Source of the DNA: Deltaproteobacteria bacterium
GTDB lineage: Bacteria > Myxococcota > UBA727 > VGSZ01
Length of the DNA: 64,000 nucleotides
NCBI GenBank assembly: GCA_016177705.1
Contig: JACOUT010000009.1
Coordinates: forward strand, 48,057 to 112,056
Reading direction: 5' to 3'
The notes beneath the pieces were generated by a model. It saw only the letters and a program-made list of their open reading frames with translations, ran no database searches and had not been told where the DNA came from. The position numbers were made by a program, and so were the translations under genes. Below, piece by piece: positions 1-11,438 of this stretch; position 1 is the first letter of the stretch, and every line of letters starts with the position of its first letter.

Positions 1-363
1 GCGCAGCGACGCCGACGACGCGGTGCCTTGCGCACGCGCCGACGTCGCCACCACCAGCGGGCGCGCGCCGAGCGCTTGCTCCTCGGCGGCGATCGCGTCG
101 CTCACGGAGGCGACGACATGCACGATGCGCATCGCCGTCGTGCGGTCGGGGTTGCGCCGCTGGCCCGGGCCCTCCTCCCAGAAACCGACGATGCGCCGTG
201 CCATCTCTTGCTGCGCCGACACCGGGGTGACGACGTAGAACGCGTCGCAGGCGTAGCTGGTGGCCGCGCGCGCGATGTCGTGCACGTCGAGGTTGGTGAT
301 GGAGGTCGTGAACACCTGCCCGTCCTTGTCGAGGCACGGGTGATGCACGAGCGCGAGCGCTAT
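1..363 (-). CDS. SPOUT-like putative RNA methyltransferase (N-terminal part; gene runs past the window start)
   Basis: Manual translation of the minus strand from ATG at 363..361 gives MTRIALALVHHPCLDKDGQVFTTSITNLDVHDIARAATSYACDAFYVVTPV..., resembling the predicted SAM-dependent RNA methyltransferase family often found next to trmD. It is not in the ORF track because no stop codon lies inside the window. Confidence 0.4.
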   Translation of the reverse strand, partial: MALALVHHPCLDKDGQVFTTSITNLDVHDIARAATSYACDAFYVVTPVSAQQEMARRIVGFWEEGPGQRRNPDRTTAMRIVHVVASVSDAIAAEEQALGARPLVVATSARAQGTASSASLR

Positions 364-368
364 CCTGG

Positions 369-1165
<797 letters not shown>

Positions 1166-1169
<4 letters not shown>

Positions 1170-1696
1170 TCGAGCGCGTCGGCGTCGACGAACAAGCCGG
1201 GCGGCGGCGCCAACACCACGCGGTCCTTGTCGGCGGAGCGCACCAGCGCGGCGACGAACGGCACCAACACGCTCGGCCCCGACGGCCGCGCCACCGACAA
1301 GAGCGGCTGGGCGCCGTTGTCGGTGAAGCCCTCGACGGTGCCGAGCGGGCGCCCCGCCTCGTCGACCACGGCGGCGCCGATCAGATCGATCAGGTAGACG
1401 CTCGCCTCATCGGCGGGAAAATCGGCGCGGCGTACGAACAGCTCGGTGCCCGACAGGGCCTCGGCAGCGTCGCGGTCGGTGACGTCGTCGAGCTGGAGCA
1501 CGCCGGGTGCGTAAGCGGCGACGCAGCGCACGCGCCCGCCCAGCTTGACGTCGAGGCCGGGGCGCAGCGCGCCGCCCTCGTCGCTCCAGGTGTGCAGCTT
1601 GAGCGCGCCTTTGATGCCGTGCGGCCGCACCACTACGCCGAGCGAGACCCAGCCGTCCGCGCTGACGCCGACGGTGGGCTCGATGCGCGTGGCCAT
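1166..1696 (-). CDS. rimM: ribosome maturation factor RimM
   Basis: 176 aa with the N-terminal VVRPHGIKGALKL RimM signature. Lies between the KH protein and trmD. Confidence 0.85.
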
Positions 1697-1702
1697 GGGC
1701 CG

Positions 1703-2017
1703 CTAGCTGTCGTCGCCGGGCGTCGTCGCGCCGCCGGCGTTCGCGCTGTCGTCGGCCGGGGCGCCCGGTCCGCGTCGCGAGCCCTCGGGCTCGACGATCT
1801 CGAGCGTGACGCGCAGGTTTTGCTTGGCCGCCGCCGCCGACAGCAGCGTGCGGAACGCCTTGGCGGTACGGCCCTTCTTGCCGATCACCTTGCCGAGATC
1901 GTCCTTGCCGACCTTCAAGCGGTAGATGGCGTCGCCGTCGGTGCGTTGCTCGGCGACCTCGACCGGCGCCGGATCGTCCACCAGCGAACGCGCGAGGACC
2001 TCGACGAGCCCTTTCAC
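1703..2017 (-). CDS. KH-domain RNA-binding protein (UPF0109 family)
   Basis: 104 aa with a GKVIGKKGRTAKAFRTLL KH-type motif. Conserved position between rpsP and rimM. Confidence 0.8.
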   Translation of the reverse strand: MKGLVEVLARSLVDDPAPVEVAEQRTDGDAIYRLKVGKDDLGKVIGKKGRTAKAFRTLLSAAAAKQNLRVTLEIVEPEGSRRGPGAPADDSANAGGATTPGDDS

Positions 2018-2021
2018 GAGC

Positions 2022-2279
2022 TCAGCCGTCGGCCTTCGGCGCCGCGCTCTTCGCGATCGCCAGGATGTCGCGCACCGTGTCGGACGGGCGCGCGCCCTTG
2101 GCGACCCACTGCTCGACGCGATCGATCTTGAGGTTGATGCCGTGCGCGCTCTTCTTCGGGTCGTAGGTGCCGACCTGCTCGATGAAGCGGCCGTCGCGAG
2201 GGAAGCGGTGGTCGGCGACCATCACCCGGTAGAAGGGCTTTTTGTTGGTGCCGGCGCGGGAGAGACGGATGGTGACCAT
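2022..2279 (-). CDS. rpsP: 30S ribosomal protein S16
   Basis: 85 aa, [23 protein letters not shown]..., a classic S16 N-terminus. Confidence 0.92.
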   Translation of the reverse strand: MVTIRLSRAGTNKKPFYRVMVADHRFPRDGRFIEQVGTYDPKKSAHGINLKIDRVEQWVAKGARPSDTVRDILAIAKSAAPKADG

Positions 2280-2575
2280 GCGGCGGAGTTCCTCGGGGCG
2301 GGCGCAGTCGCTGCGCGCGCGAGGGGCGAACTGGACCGCGCTCGTCGCAGGGTGTCAACCGGCTGGGCGCGCGGGTCGTGGAGGCGCCTGGAGCGCTGCG
2401 TCGTGGCCTACGCACCAAAGGGCCGTGTGGGAACCGTGGGTTCTCGACCGTTCGGCAGATAAGATCGCGATCCCGCCTTCGATCCCATAGCCCAACCCTC
2501 TGAAAGTGCCGGGTGATCGTTGGTGTGTGCGCGATCACGCAGGGCAGCGGCCTGGCTCTTGCCTACGTTGGCGAC

Positions 2576-3676
2576 ATGAGTTTCCCCGTCAGTCTGTCGG
2601 AACGCCCCTTCGCTCGCCGGGCGGCCTTCATCCTCAACGCCAACGCGCGCGGCGTCAGCGATCGCCTGATCGAGCGCCTCGCCGAGGTGGTGCCCGCCGG
2701 CGACCTGTTCCTGTCGCGCACCCTCGAGGACGCCGAGATCTTCGTGCGCACGGTGGCGCGGCGCGGCTACGGCCGTGTGTTCCTGGGCGGCGGCGACGGC
2801 ACGCTGGTGTCGACCATGAAGCTGCTGCGCGAGGTGTGCGCCAAGGAGAAGCTGGCCGTCCCCGAGGTGGGCGTGCTGCGGCTCGGCACCGGCAACGCCA
2901 TGGCGCTGGCGCTCGGCGCCGCCGAAGCCATCGTCGACGCCAGCCACGTGGTCCACCAAGGCCCGATGGCGGCGCGCCCAGTGCACTTCGTCGAGACCGA
3001 CGACGGCACGCTGACGCCCTTCGCCGGCATCGGCTACGACGGCGCCGTGCTGAACGACTACTTCGCGTTGCGTGAGAAGGCCAAGACGCCCTTTGGCAAG
3101 AAGGCGGTCGCGACCGTGTGGGGCTACCTGGCCGCCATGCTGTTCAAGACCGTGCCCGACGAGGTGAAGAAGAAGCAGGCGCGCGTGCGCATCACCACCC
3201 GGAGCGACGCGGTCGCCATCGTCCGCAGCCCGCACGGGGACGAAGAGCAGCCCATGCCTGCGGGCACCGTGCTCTACGAGGGACCGGCGCCGGTGCTCTC
3301 GGTCGGCGCCATCCCGTTCTTCGGCTACGGCTTCACCATGTTCCCGTTCGCCGATCGCAAGCCGGGGTACGTGCAGTTGCGCGTGTGCGCGGTGCCGATC
3401 CCGATCCTGCTGGCGAACCTGTTCACGTCGGTGTGGCAGGGCCGCTTCCGCCACGCCAAGCTGAAGGACTTCCTGGTCAAGGACGTCGTCGTCGAGTCGG
3501 ATCAGGAGCTGCCCTATCAGGTGGGCGGCGACGCGCACGGCTATCGGTCGCGCCTCGCCTTCAAGGTGGCCGAACAGCCACTCACCATGCTCTCACTCGG
3601 CGAGCGGCTGGTGCCGCAGGGCCACACGGTCTTGCAGCTCGGCCCCGCGCGCGTGCTGGTGCGCCTACCTCGCTGA
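2576..3676 (+). CDS. diacylglycerol-kinase-catalytic-domain (DAGK_cat / YegS-like) lipid kinase
   Basis: ORF 2513..3676. The FILNANARG region and the GGDGTL motif match the DAGKc / sphingosine-kinase fold. Start chosen at the internal ATG (MSFPVSL). Confidence 0.65.
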   Translation: MSFPVSLSERPFARRAAFILNANARGVSDRLIERLAEVVPAGDLFLSRTLEDAEIFVRTVARRGYGRVFLGGGDGTLVSTMKLLREVCAKEKLAVPEVGVLRLGTGNAMALALGAAEAIVDASHVVHQGPMAARPVHFVETDDGTLTPFAGIGYDGAVLNDYFALREKAKTPFGKKAVATVWGYLAAMLFKTVPDEVKKKQARVRITTRSDAVAIVRSPHGDEEQPMPAGTVLYEGPAPVLSVGAIPFFGYGFTMFPFADRKPGYVQLRVCAVPIPILLANLFTSVWQGRFRHAKLKDFLVKDVVVESDQELPYQVGGDAHGYRSRLAFKVAEQPLTMLSLGERLVPQGHTVLQLGPARVLVRLPR

Positions 3677-3683
3677 TCGACCG

Positions 3684-3991
3684 CTACTCGGCGCAGCGCC
3701 CGTCCTCGCACACGCCCGACGGGCACGGGGTGTAGGCGACCGCGCCGTCGACGCACGAGTAGTAGCCCTCGCCCGCACACTCGGCGCCAAAGCGCGCGGC
3801 GTCGCACTCGGCCTCGGGCACGCAGATACGTTGCCGATCAGCGGGCTCGGCCGCGTCGGCGCCGCAGAAGAAGCCTCGCTCACAGTCGTCGTCGTGCTCG
3901 CAGGGCGCGCCGAGCGCGGCGCGCTGTTCGACGCCGCACGCGACCGCGAGCGTGCACAGCGAGACGCACAGCGAAGCGACCACAGCAGCCC

Positions 3992-3995
<4 letters not shown>
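3684..3995 (-). CDS. small cysteine-rich lipoprotein (about 10 Cys in ~80 mature residues)
   Basis: A GTG at 3995..3993 overlaps the TGA of the upstream gene (GTGA). The product begins MRAAVVASLCVSLCTLAVAC, a lipobox-like signal. The mature part is Cys/Asp/Glu-rich (CEHDDDCERGFFCG...CVPEAEC...C). Confidence 0.55.
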
Positions 3996-5059
<1,064 letters not shown>

Positions 5060-5185
5060 GGCCCGATCCTCGCACGAGCACCTACATGGGGAACAGCGCG
5101 AGTGAGGTAGGGCGAACGCATTTCCATCGCCGCTGAGGACCCATGAGCCGCTGAATCCTACGCGGCCGAGGGCTTGCCCGTGCCG

Positions 5186-5467
5186 TCATGGAGGTGGCAT
5201 CGCCGCTCTCAGTCGAGCCTCTACGGCGTCCGCAACTTTTAGGGCCTCGGCGAAGACATCGGCTTCCTCGACGGTGAACTGAATCGCCTCCAATTGAGCC
5301 TCGGCGTGCCGAAGTGCTTCCCGGAGGACCCGTTCCTCGTGCGAGGCGACAACCCCTGAAGCCTCCCACAAGGCCGACTGCAGTTCACCGAGGGACAGGT
5401 CCCGGCGGCGAAACGCGTGAATCTGGTCCACCAGTTGCGTGAGCTCTCGCGCGTACACCGTGCTCAT
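5186..5467 (-). CDS. hypothetical small protein, possibly an accessory to the adjacent TA module
   Basis: ORF 5186..5512. Start chosen at the internal ATG (MSTVYARELTQLVDQIHAF...), which overlaps by ATGA the stop of a short upstream ORF in the 5464..5985 frame. No recognisable domain. Confidence 0.35.
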   Translation of the reverse strand: MSTVYARELTQLVDQIHAFRRRDLSLGELQSALWEASGVVASHEERVLREALRHAEAQLEAIQFTVEEADVFAEALKVADAVEARLRAAMPPP

Positions 5468-5705
5468 CGAGGTGCCCCGCTGAATGCAATGACCGCGACG
5501 ATGATACGGCAACCGTGTTCGGTGACTACCAGCACGGTGCTTGGCGTGACGACCGCGCGGGTGACGCCGCCCACCACCTGCGTCGCTTGAAGTCCGGTCG
5601 CAATGCGCTCCTCGACGAGGTCCGGCGCGGTCGGTGGGCGAAAGCCCGCGCGTGCCCCCGCATCAGTGGGTGACGTGGAGGCTGCACTGTCCTGCACGCT
5701 CACGG

Positions 5706-5996
5706 TCAGTCGTCGCGCCCCGGCGTACGGTCCATGCGTCCGTGAACGACGCCGAGGATGTTCACATGGTCGCGCTGCACCTCGTAGATCACGATGTAGG
5801 GCGTCGTGGCGACGACCAGCTCGCGCGTGCCGGGCACGAAGCCGTCGCGCCCCATCTGTGGGTTTCGTTCGAGGTGCTCGACGACGTCCAAGATCCGCGC
5901 GGCCAGTCTCGATGCCGCGCGCGGACTGTTCTCGGCCACGAACCGGCGGGCCTCGATGAGGTCGGCGCGCGCCTCCTTCGACCATCTCACTCGCAC
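5706..5996 (-). CDS. parE: type II toxin, ParE/RelE family
   Basis: 96 aa, MRVRWSKEARADLIEARRFVAENSPRAASRLA...ILGVVHGRMD, a typical ParE. It overlaps the 3' end of the upstream antitoxin gene by 10 nt. Confidence 0.8.
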   Translation of the reverse strand: MRVRWSKEARADLIEARRFVAENSPRAASRLAARILDVVEHLERNPQMGRDGFVPGTRELVVATTPYIVIYEVQRDHVNILGVVHGRMDRTPGRDD

Positions 5997-6238
5997 GGTG
6001 GCGGCTCGGTCTCGTCCTTCGTGCCCCAGCTCCTCAGCCAGGCAACCATCTTGTCGTTGTCGACGACGCGCCCAGCGGCGACGTCCGCCCGCGCGCGCGC
6101 GATCTTCGCCTCGGTCTTCTTGTCACTGAGCGTGCCCTTGAGCAGCTCGCCTGCGAGCTTGTCCACGCTCTTGCCGAGATCCTTCGCTAGGGCCTCGAGC
6201 TCCTTGGCGAGCTTGTCGTCGATCGAGATCGTCACCAT
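5987..6238 (-). CDS. type II antitoxin, ribbon-helix-helix (ParD/CopG-like)
   Basis: 83 aa from the internal ATG, MVTISIDDKLAKELEALAKDLGKSVDKLAGELL. RHH pattern. Lies immediately upstream of and overlapping parE. Confidence 0.7.
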   Translation of the reverse strand: MVTISIDDKLAKELEALAKDLGKSVDKLAGELLKGTLSDKKTEAKIARARADVAAGRVVDNDKMVAWLRSWGTKDETEPPPCE

Positions 6239-6620
6239 GATGAGCGAAGGATAGCGCCCCCGTGCAGCGCTGTCGTCGACGACGGTGCCCGCGCCCCTCC
6301 TCCGCAGGAGCACCATCGCCCGGGCTTGGTCACCTGGCGCGACAGAGCCCGCACCGCCGCAAGGTACGCCGTGCGGCGCGCTGCGGAGCGCCGCACACGC
6401 CGTCGGCCCTGCACAGCAATCGCCCACCGGCGCACTGTTCACCGCCGGAGATCCGCGCCTGGCCCGGGGGCGGCGGCCGCAGTGAACGCCGCACGAGCCG
6501 ACCAGCCGGCGAGCGCAACCGCCTGTATTCCCACGGGGGCGGCACCGCTGCTCGCAGCTCAGGTGGCGCTCCCCGCGATCCGATTTGCGCTCGCCCGCCT
6601 TCGGGGGTCTCCTCTCGGTG

Positions 6621-7238
6621 ATGAGCGCGACCGCCCCCCAGGTGCTCACCGCCGCGGCGCCGCACGACGCGCTGCGGGCGCTGTTCGACGCCGCGCGCGC
6701 AGGCGACGCCGCCGCGCTCGAGTCGCTGTGTGTGCAGATGCGCCCGCGCCTGTACCGCAGCGCCTGGGCGGTGCTGCACGACGCCGATGAGGCCGACGAC
6801 GTGGCGCAGGACGCGCTCGTGCGCGCCGTCACGCGTCGCTTCCTCTTCCTCGGCAGAGGCAGCGTCGCTGGTTGGATGACCCGCATCGCGCTCAACCTGG
6901 CGAAGAACCGGCTGCGCGACGGCCGCCGCCGCCGCCAGATCCTGGACGACGCCTCGCCGGAGGAGCGCGCCTCTCGCGGCGCCGCGCCGACGGCGCCAGT
7001 CCGAGCCGACGACGTTGCCGCCACCCTGCAGGCGCGCCGTCGGCTCTCCGCCGCCGTGGCCGCGCTGCCCGAGCGGCAGCGCGAGGTGGTGGAGCTGCAC
7101 GTCTCGGCCGGCCTCGACTGGGGCGACGTCGCCGAGGCGCTCGGCATCAGCGAGGCCAACGCCCGCATGACCTACTCGAACGCCAGGAAGAAGCTCTTGT
7201 CCGCGCTCGGCGCCACCGGCGCATCGGAGGAACCATGA
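6621..7238 (+). CDS. ECF (sigma-24-type) RNA polymerase sigma factor
   Basis: Region 2 (RLYRSAWAVLHDADEADDVAQDALVRA) and region 4 (LPERQREVVELHVSAGLDWGDVAEALGISEANARMTY). The stop overlaps the next ATG (ATGA). Confidence 0.8.
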   Translation: MSATAPQVLTAAAPHDALRALFDAARAGDAAALESLCVQMRPRLYRSAWAVLHDADEADDVAQDALVRAVTRRFLFLGRGSVAGWMTRIALNLAKNRLRDGRRRRQILDDASPEERASRGAAPTAPVRADDVAATLQARRRLSAAVAALPERQREVVELHVSAGLDWGDVAEALGISEANARMTYSNARKKLLSALGATGASEEP

Positions 7239-7606
7239 GCCGCCATGACGACGTGCCCGCCGCGCTGGCGCCGCTGGCCGAACCGCCGCCGCCGCCGCGT
7301 CGCACCGACGCTGCCTTTGCGCGCGCCGTCGCCGACGGCGTCAAGCAGCGTCGCGCGCCCTTCGCGCTCTGGCTCGGCGCGCCTGCGCTGGCGCTCGCTG
7401 CCGCCGGCGTCGCCATCGTGGTCGCGGGCCCAGACGGTGGGCGGGTCGCCGTCGACGCGGGCGTGACCATCGCGCGCGCCGCCGCGGTCGAGGTCGACTG
7501 GGCCGAAGAGAGCGACTTTGCGATCCCGTCGCTGGACGGGTCGACCGATGAGGAGCTGGCGCGGCTCGATCGCGCCCTCGACGAGGCCATCAAGCTGCGC
7601 CGGTGA
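7234..7606 (+). CDS. anti-sigma factor (single-pass membrane protein)
   Basis: 123 aa, translationally coupled to the sigma factor gene. One TM helix (FALWLGAPALALAAAGVAIVVAG). Confidence 0.6.
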
Positions 7607-7642
7607 ACGAGGCAGCGACCAACGAACGACCGAGGACCGACC

Positions 7643-8191
7643 ATGCGACACGCCCACGCCTTCCTGTTGACCACCACCCTGCTCGTCGGCGCGACCGCGG
7701 CGCTGGCCGAGCCGCCGCCCGGTCCGGGCCCGGCCGGTCCCTTCGCCGGCAAGCGCGAGGAGATGCGCGCGCGCGTCGAGCAGAAGATCAAGACCTATCT
7801 CACCGTCGAGCTGGCCTCGCGCCTCGCCCTCGATCAGAAGCGCGCCCTGCAGCTCGGCGACGCCGTGCAGCGCCACATGGAGCGCAAGCACCAGCGCGGC
7901 GAGAAGATGCGCACCGAGGCCGACAAACTGCGCGAGCTGGTCGAGAAGAAGGCGCCGGATGCGGCTGTGAAGTCGCAGCTCGACATGGTGGTCGGCCTGG
8001 CCGGCAAGGACGACGACCTGCACGCCTTCCTCGGCGACACCGGCAAGTTCCTGAACGTCACCGAGCAGGCCAAGCTGGCGCTGTCGATGCCCGAGATCAT
8101 GCGCGACGTGCATCGCCTGGTGCGCGAAGCGAAGCGCGAGTTTCGCGGGCGCGGCCCGGGGCCGGGCCCAGGTCACGACGACGACGAGTGA
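7643..8191 (+). CDS. periplasmic Spy/CpxP-like (LTxxQ-motif family) protein
   Basis: Signal peptide MRHAHAFLLTTTLLVGATAALA, then a helical Lys/Glu-rich body. Third gene of the ECF operon. Confidence 0.5.
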   Translation: MRHAHAFLLTTTLLVGATAALAEPPPGPGPAGPFAGKREEMRARVEQKIKTYLTVELASRLALDQKRALQLGDAVQRHMERKHQRGEKMRTEADKLRELVEKKAPDAAVKSQLDMVVGLAGKDDDLHAFLGDTGKFLNVTEQAKLALSMPEIMRDVHRLVREAKREFRGRGPGPGPGHDDDE

Positions 8192-8244
8192 CGCGGGCCC
8201 TTCGCCGTGCCGGAGGCCTGGGATGGCAGCGACGCAGCGCCGTC

Positions 8245-8598
8245 TCAGGCCTTCTTCACGAACTCGGACTTGAGCGCCATGGCGCCGAAGCCCTCGATGC
8301 GACAGTCGATGTTGTGGTCGCCCTCGACCAGGCGGATGTTCTTCACCTTGGTGCCGGACTTGAGCGTGGCGGCGCCCTTGACCTTCAGGTCCTTCACCAC
8401 CACCACGCTGTCTCCGTCCTGCAAGAGGTTGCCGTGGGCGTCTTTGACGACGAGGCCGCCGCCCTCGTCCTCGCCGTCGGGGGCTGGCGCCGCCGCGCTC
8501 GGCGACCACTCGTGCGCGCACTCCGGGCACATGAGCAGCGCGCCGTCTTGGTAGGTGAGCACCGAGTGACACTTGGGGCAGGGCGGCAGCTCTTCCAT
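8245..8598 (-). CDS. phnA: PhnA-family protein (Zn-ribbon plus PhnA C-domain)
   Basis: 117 aa from the internal ATG: [31 protein letters not shown]...[51 protein letters not shown] classic PhnA. Confidence 0.85.
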   Translation of the reverse strand: MEELPPCPKCHSVLTYQDGALLMCPECAHEWSPSAAAPAPDGEDEGGGLVVKDAHGNLLQDGDSVVVVKDLKVKGAATLKSGTKVKNIRLVEGDHNIDCRIEGFGAMALKSEFVKKA

Positions 8599-8608
8599 GA
8601 CGGCGCTG

Positions 8609-9007
8609 CTAGCTCGGAAACGGCGCCTCGTCGACCGCCAGCGCGAACAGCACCGCCGCGACGGCCTCCTTGTGGTCGAGCAGCACCGCGCGCGCCGTCG
8701 CCTCAGGACCAAAGGCGAGCGCGCCGAGCGCGTCGGCGTCGAGCGCGACGCGCAGCGCCAGCACGCTCCCGCCGTGGCGCCGCAACAGCGTCTCCGCGTT
8801 CCGGTAGAAGCGCTCCGCGCCGTCGTTCGACAGCAGCAGGATGCGCGATACCCGTTCGCCGCGCGCCTCGCCGCGCGCCTCGTCCGCCAGGCGCTGGCCA
8901 CGCGCCGCGTTGGCCAGGCTGCGCTCGGCGCCCTCGAGGCCGCGCACGAGCTGCCCGGCGTCCGCGGCGGCCCGCAGCGCCCGCGCGATGGCGTCGCTCA
9001 TCGCCAT
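8609..9007 (-). CDS. hypothetical protein, possibly an L7Ae/L30e-like fold
   Basis: C-terminal 132 aa of ORF 8609..9421 ([31 protein letters not shown]...[21 protein letters not shown]). The upstream part of the ORF is Arg/Pro-rich and probably non-coding. The start could alternatively be 9139. Confidence 0.3.
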   Translation of the reverse strand: MAMSDAIARALRAAADAGQLVRGLEGAERSLANAARGQRLADEARGEARGERVSRILLLSNDGAERFYRNAETLLRRHGGSVLALRVALDADALGALAFGPEATARAVLLDHKEAVAAVLFALAVDEAPFPS

Positions 9008-9206
9008 CTCGGCGACGCGTAGCTCGCTCCTTGCCCACAACGGCGCTGACGCGCCAGCCAACGCGGCGTGCACCCGTGTTGCGCGCGGGTCACCTTCGAC
9101 GAGCTTCGGCAGGCGCAGTGCGGTCACGTCGCCGAGCATGGCACACGCGCACTGCCGACCAGGGGTGCAGGGGAGCAGGCGCCCGCCGACGGCGGCGCCG
9201 AGCGGG

Positions 9207-10919
9207 TCACGGCACCGGCGCCGCGCTCGGGCCGCGCCGCGCCACTGCGCTCGCGTCGAGGCTGACGGCGGCGGCCAACTGTCCCGGCGTGAAGGGCTTG
9301 GCCAGGAAGGTCGCCCCCTTCTCGAGCAAGCGCGCGATGGCGCGCGGATCGGGGGAGTAGCCGGAGACCAGCACGACCCGCGGCGCTCGTGGCCTGGCGA
9401 GCAGCTGATCCGCCAGCTCAATGCCGCTCATGCCGTGCAGGTTGACGTCGGTGATGACAATGTCGATGGCATCCAGCGCGGTGGCGAGCAGCGCCTCGGC
9501 GGAGTCGAAGGTGTGGGGCGTCATGTCGGCAGCGCCGACGATCCGCGCCATCAGCGACCGAACGCGCGCATCGTCGTCGACGATGGCCACCGATCGTGGC
9601 CTGTGGTCCTCGTGGGATGTCGGCGGGATGTCGGCCGCGGCTCTCGCCCCTTCGGCTGCGAGCGGTAGCAGGACGGTGAAGGTGCTGCCGCGCCCAGGGG
9701 TGCTGTCGACGTCGATGCGGCCGCCGAGGCTGGCGGTGACGCCGAAGACCGTGGACAGCCCGAGCCCCGTCCCCTTGCCGGGCGCCTTGGTGGTGAAGAA
9801 GGGCTCGAACATGCGCTGCCTCACCTCGTCGGTCATGCCGGCGCCGGTGTCCGCGACGACGAGGCGGCACACCCGGCCAAGTTGCGCGTCGTCGCCGCGC
9901 TCCACGCGCACGCGCAGCTCGCCCTTGCCCGCCATGGCGTCACGCGCGTTGACGGCCAGGTTCATCACGATCTGCTCGAGCTGGGACGCCGACGCGATCA
10001 CGACCAACGGGCCGCCGCTCGTCTCCATCGTCACGCGCACCTGCTTGCCGACCAGCCGCTGCACGATGTCGCCCATGGCCTCGACCACGGCGCACGGGTC
10101 GAGCTCCATGGTGCGGACCACGTCGCGACGGCTGAAGGTCAGCAGCCGGCTCGTGAGCGCGCTGCCCCGCTCGGCGGCCCCGATGATGTCTCGCACGTCC
10201 TTGGCCGCTTCGCCTTGCAGGCCCGCCTCCTCCTCGAGCAGGGAAGCGCAGCCCCGAATCACCGTCAGCAGGTTGTTGAAGTCGTGCGCGACGCTGCCAG
10301 CCAAGAGGCCGCGCGCCTCCATGCGCTGGCTGTGCTCGAGCTTGAGCGCCAGTGCGTCGGCGCGCTCGCGGGCGGCGCGCGCGTCGACGCTGCGCTGCTC
10401 GAGCTCTCCCAGCAGCCGCCGCACGCTCACCGACGTCGCGATCGCCATCGCGCCCCCCAGGGCGCAGAGGAACGCGCCCTCGGCGTACACGTTGATGAGC
10501 GGCTGCACCGGCTCGGACGAGCTGGGTCCGAAGGCGAGCACCGCTTCACCCGCCAGCGCGACCGCGACCACGACGACCACGTGCTTCGGCGGCAGGATCA
10601 TGGGCGACAGCATGACGCCGAGCACGACGTAGAACGGCGCGTTGCCGGGGTTGCCTCGCAGCAGGCCGGCGGCGACGACGCCGGCGGTGCCGAGCAGGGT
10701 GAAGCCATAGCCGGCGGTCAGCACGTGGCCGCGGCGCGCGGCGACGATCAGCGCGCCGACCAGGACCAGGCCGACGACGTTGCCGACCACATCGGTCCAC
10801 TGGCCTGTCACGAGCGCCCAGCCGCCGAAGCCGGCCGCCTGGGCGAGGATGACCCAGCCGGCGCCCTGCGCGGCGCGCTGACGACGAAGCTGCTCGGTCC
10901 GGGCGTAGTCGGTGGGCAC
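9207..10919 (-). CDS. hybrid sensor histidine kinase (TM sensor, HisKA, HATPase_c and a C-terminal receiver domain)
   Basis: 570 aa. H-box HDFNNLLTVIRG. G-box GTGLGLSTVFG. Receiver VAIVDDDARVRSL…ITDVNLHGMSGIEL…AKPF. Confidence 0.9.
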   Translation of the reverse strand: MPTDYARTEQLRRQRAAQGAGWVILAQAAGFGGWALVTGQWTDVVGNVVGLVLVGALIVAARRGHVLTAGYGFTLLGTAGVVAAGLLRGNPGNAPFYVVLGVMLSPMILPPKHVVVVVAVALAGEAVLAFGPSSSEPVQPLINVYAEGAFLCALGGAMAIATSVSVRRLLGELEQRSVDARAARERADALALKLEHSQRMEARGLLAGSVAHDFNNLLTVIRGCASLLEEEAGLQGEAAKDVRDIIGAAERGSALTSRLLTFSRRDVVRTMELDPCAVVEAMGDIVQRLVGKQVRVTMETSGGPLVVIASASQLEQIVMNLAVNARDAMAGKGELRVRVERGDDAQLGRVCRLVVADTGAGMTDEVRQRMFEPFFTTKAPGKGTGLGLSTVFGVTASLGGRIDVDSTPGRGSTFTVLLPLAAEGARAAADIPPTSHEDHRPRSVAIVDDDARVRSLMARIVGAADMTPHTFDSAEALLATALDAIDIVITDVNLHGMSGIELADQLLARPRAPRVVLVSGYSPDPRAIARLLEKGATFLAKPFTPGQLAAAVSLDASAVARRGPSAAPVP

Positions 10920-11106
10920 CTACAGCTCCGTCGTCAAGCTGGCGGCGTGGGCCCGCTGGCGCCACGAGCCTAGCAGCCCGATGCGGCACGGACCGCTGCC
11001 CGGGGGATCCAAGTGTGCCCGCCTCATCGCCGTGGTTGGCCAGCGTCGCTGGTGGCGGCTCACCTCGAGACACGCCCACCGGCCAGGGTGGGCTATGCGA
11101 CAGTGC

Positions 11107-11438
11107 TCAGCATGAGCCGCGGCGCAGCGACCGTCGGAAGTGCCCTCGCCGTCGCCATGATCGCAGGTGGATGCCGCCTGCTCGGCGTCGCGGCGCTCGA
11201 GTGCTCGGCGGACTGGGATTGCCCGACCGATCGGTGGTGTGTCGATGGGCGCTGCGCAGTCCCAACTGCCGAAGGCGAAGGCGAGGGCGATGGCGAGGGC
11301 GATGGTTGCCGGCCTCACTTGCGCGGCACCAGTCGATCGAACGCCGCGCGTCCGTGCTCGACCATCTGCGTGTCGCCGAACGACAGCAGCACGCGGACGC
11401 CGAGCTCGTCGAGCGGCGCCGCCAGATCGAGGCGATAG
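11107..11438 (+). pseudogene. small lipoprotein-like ORF with a cysteine-rich segment and a GE/GD repeat, probably a gene fragment
   Basis: MSRGAATVGSALAVAMIAGGC lipobox, then CSADWDCPTDRWCVDGRCAVPTAEGEGEGDGEGDG. The frame then runs antisense into the 3' end of the convergent Omp85 gene, so its end is not credible. It shares the (GE)n tether seen at 55.9 and 58.5 kb. Confidence 0.3.

Noticed and set aside
2280-2575. 300-nt intergenic region upstream of rpsP as a possible ncRNA or tRNA
   Set aside because: No cloverleaf or conserved ncRNA features are recognisable by eye. It is most likely the divergent promoter and 5'-UTR region for rpsP and the lipid kinase gene.
8573-9022. Plus-strand 149-aa ORF starting with TTG
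   Set aside because: It overlaps phnA and the L7Ae-like ORF in antisense. It is Arg-rich and spurious.
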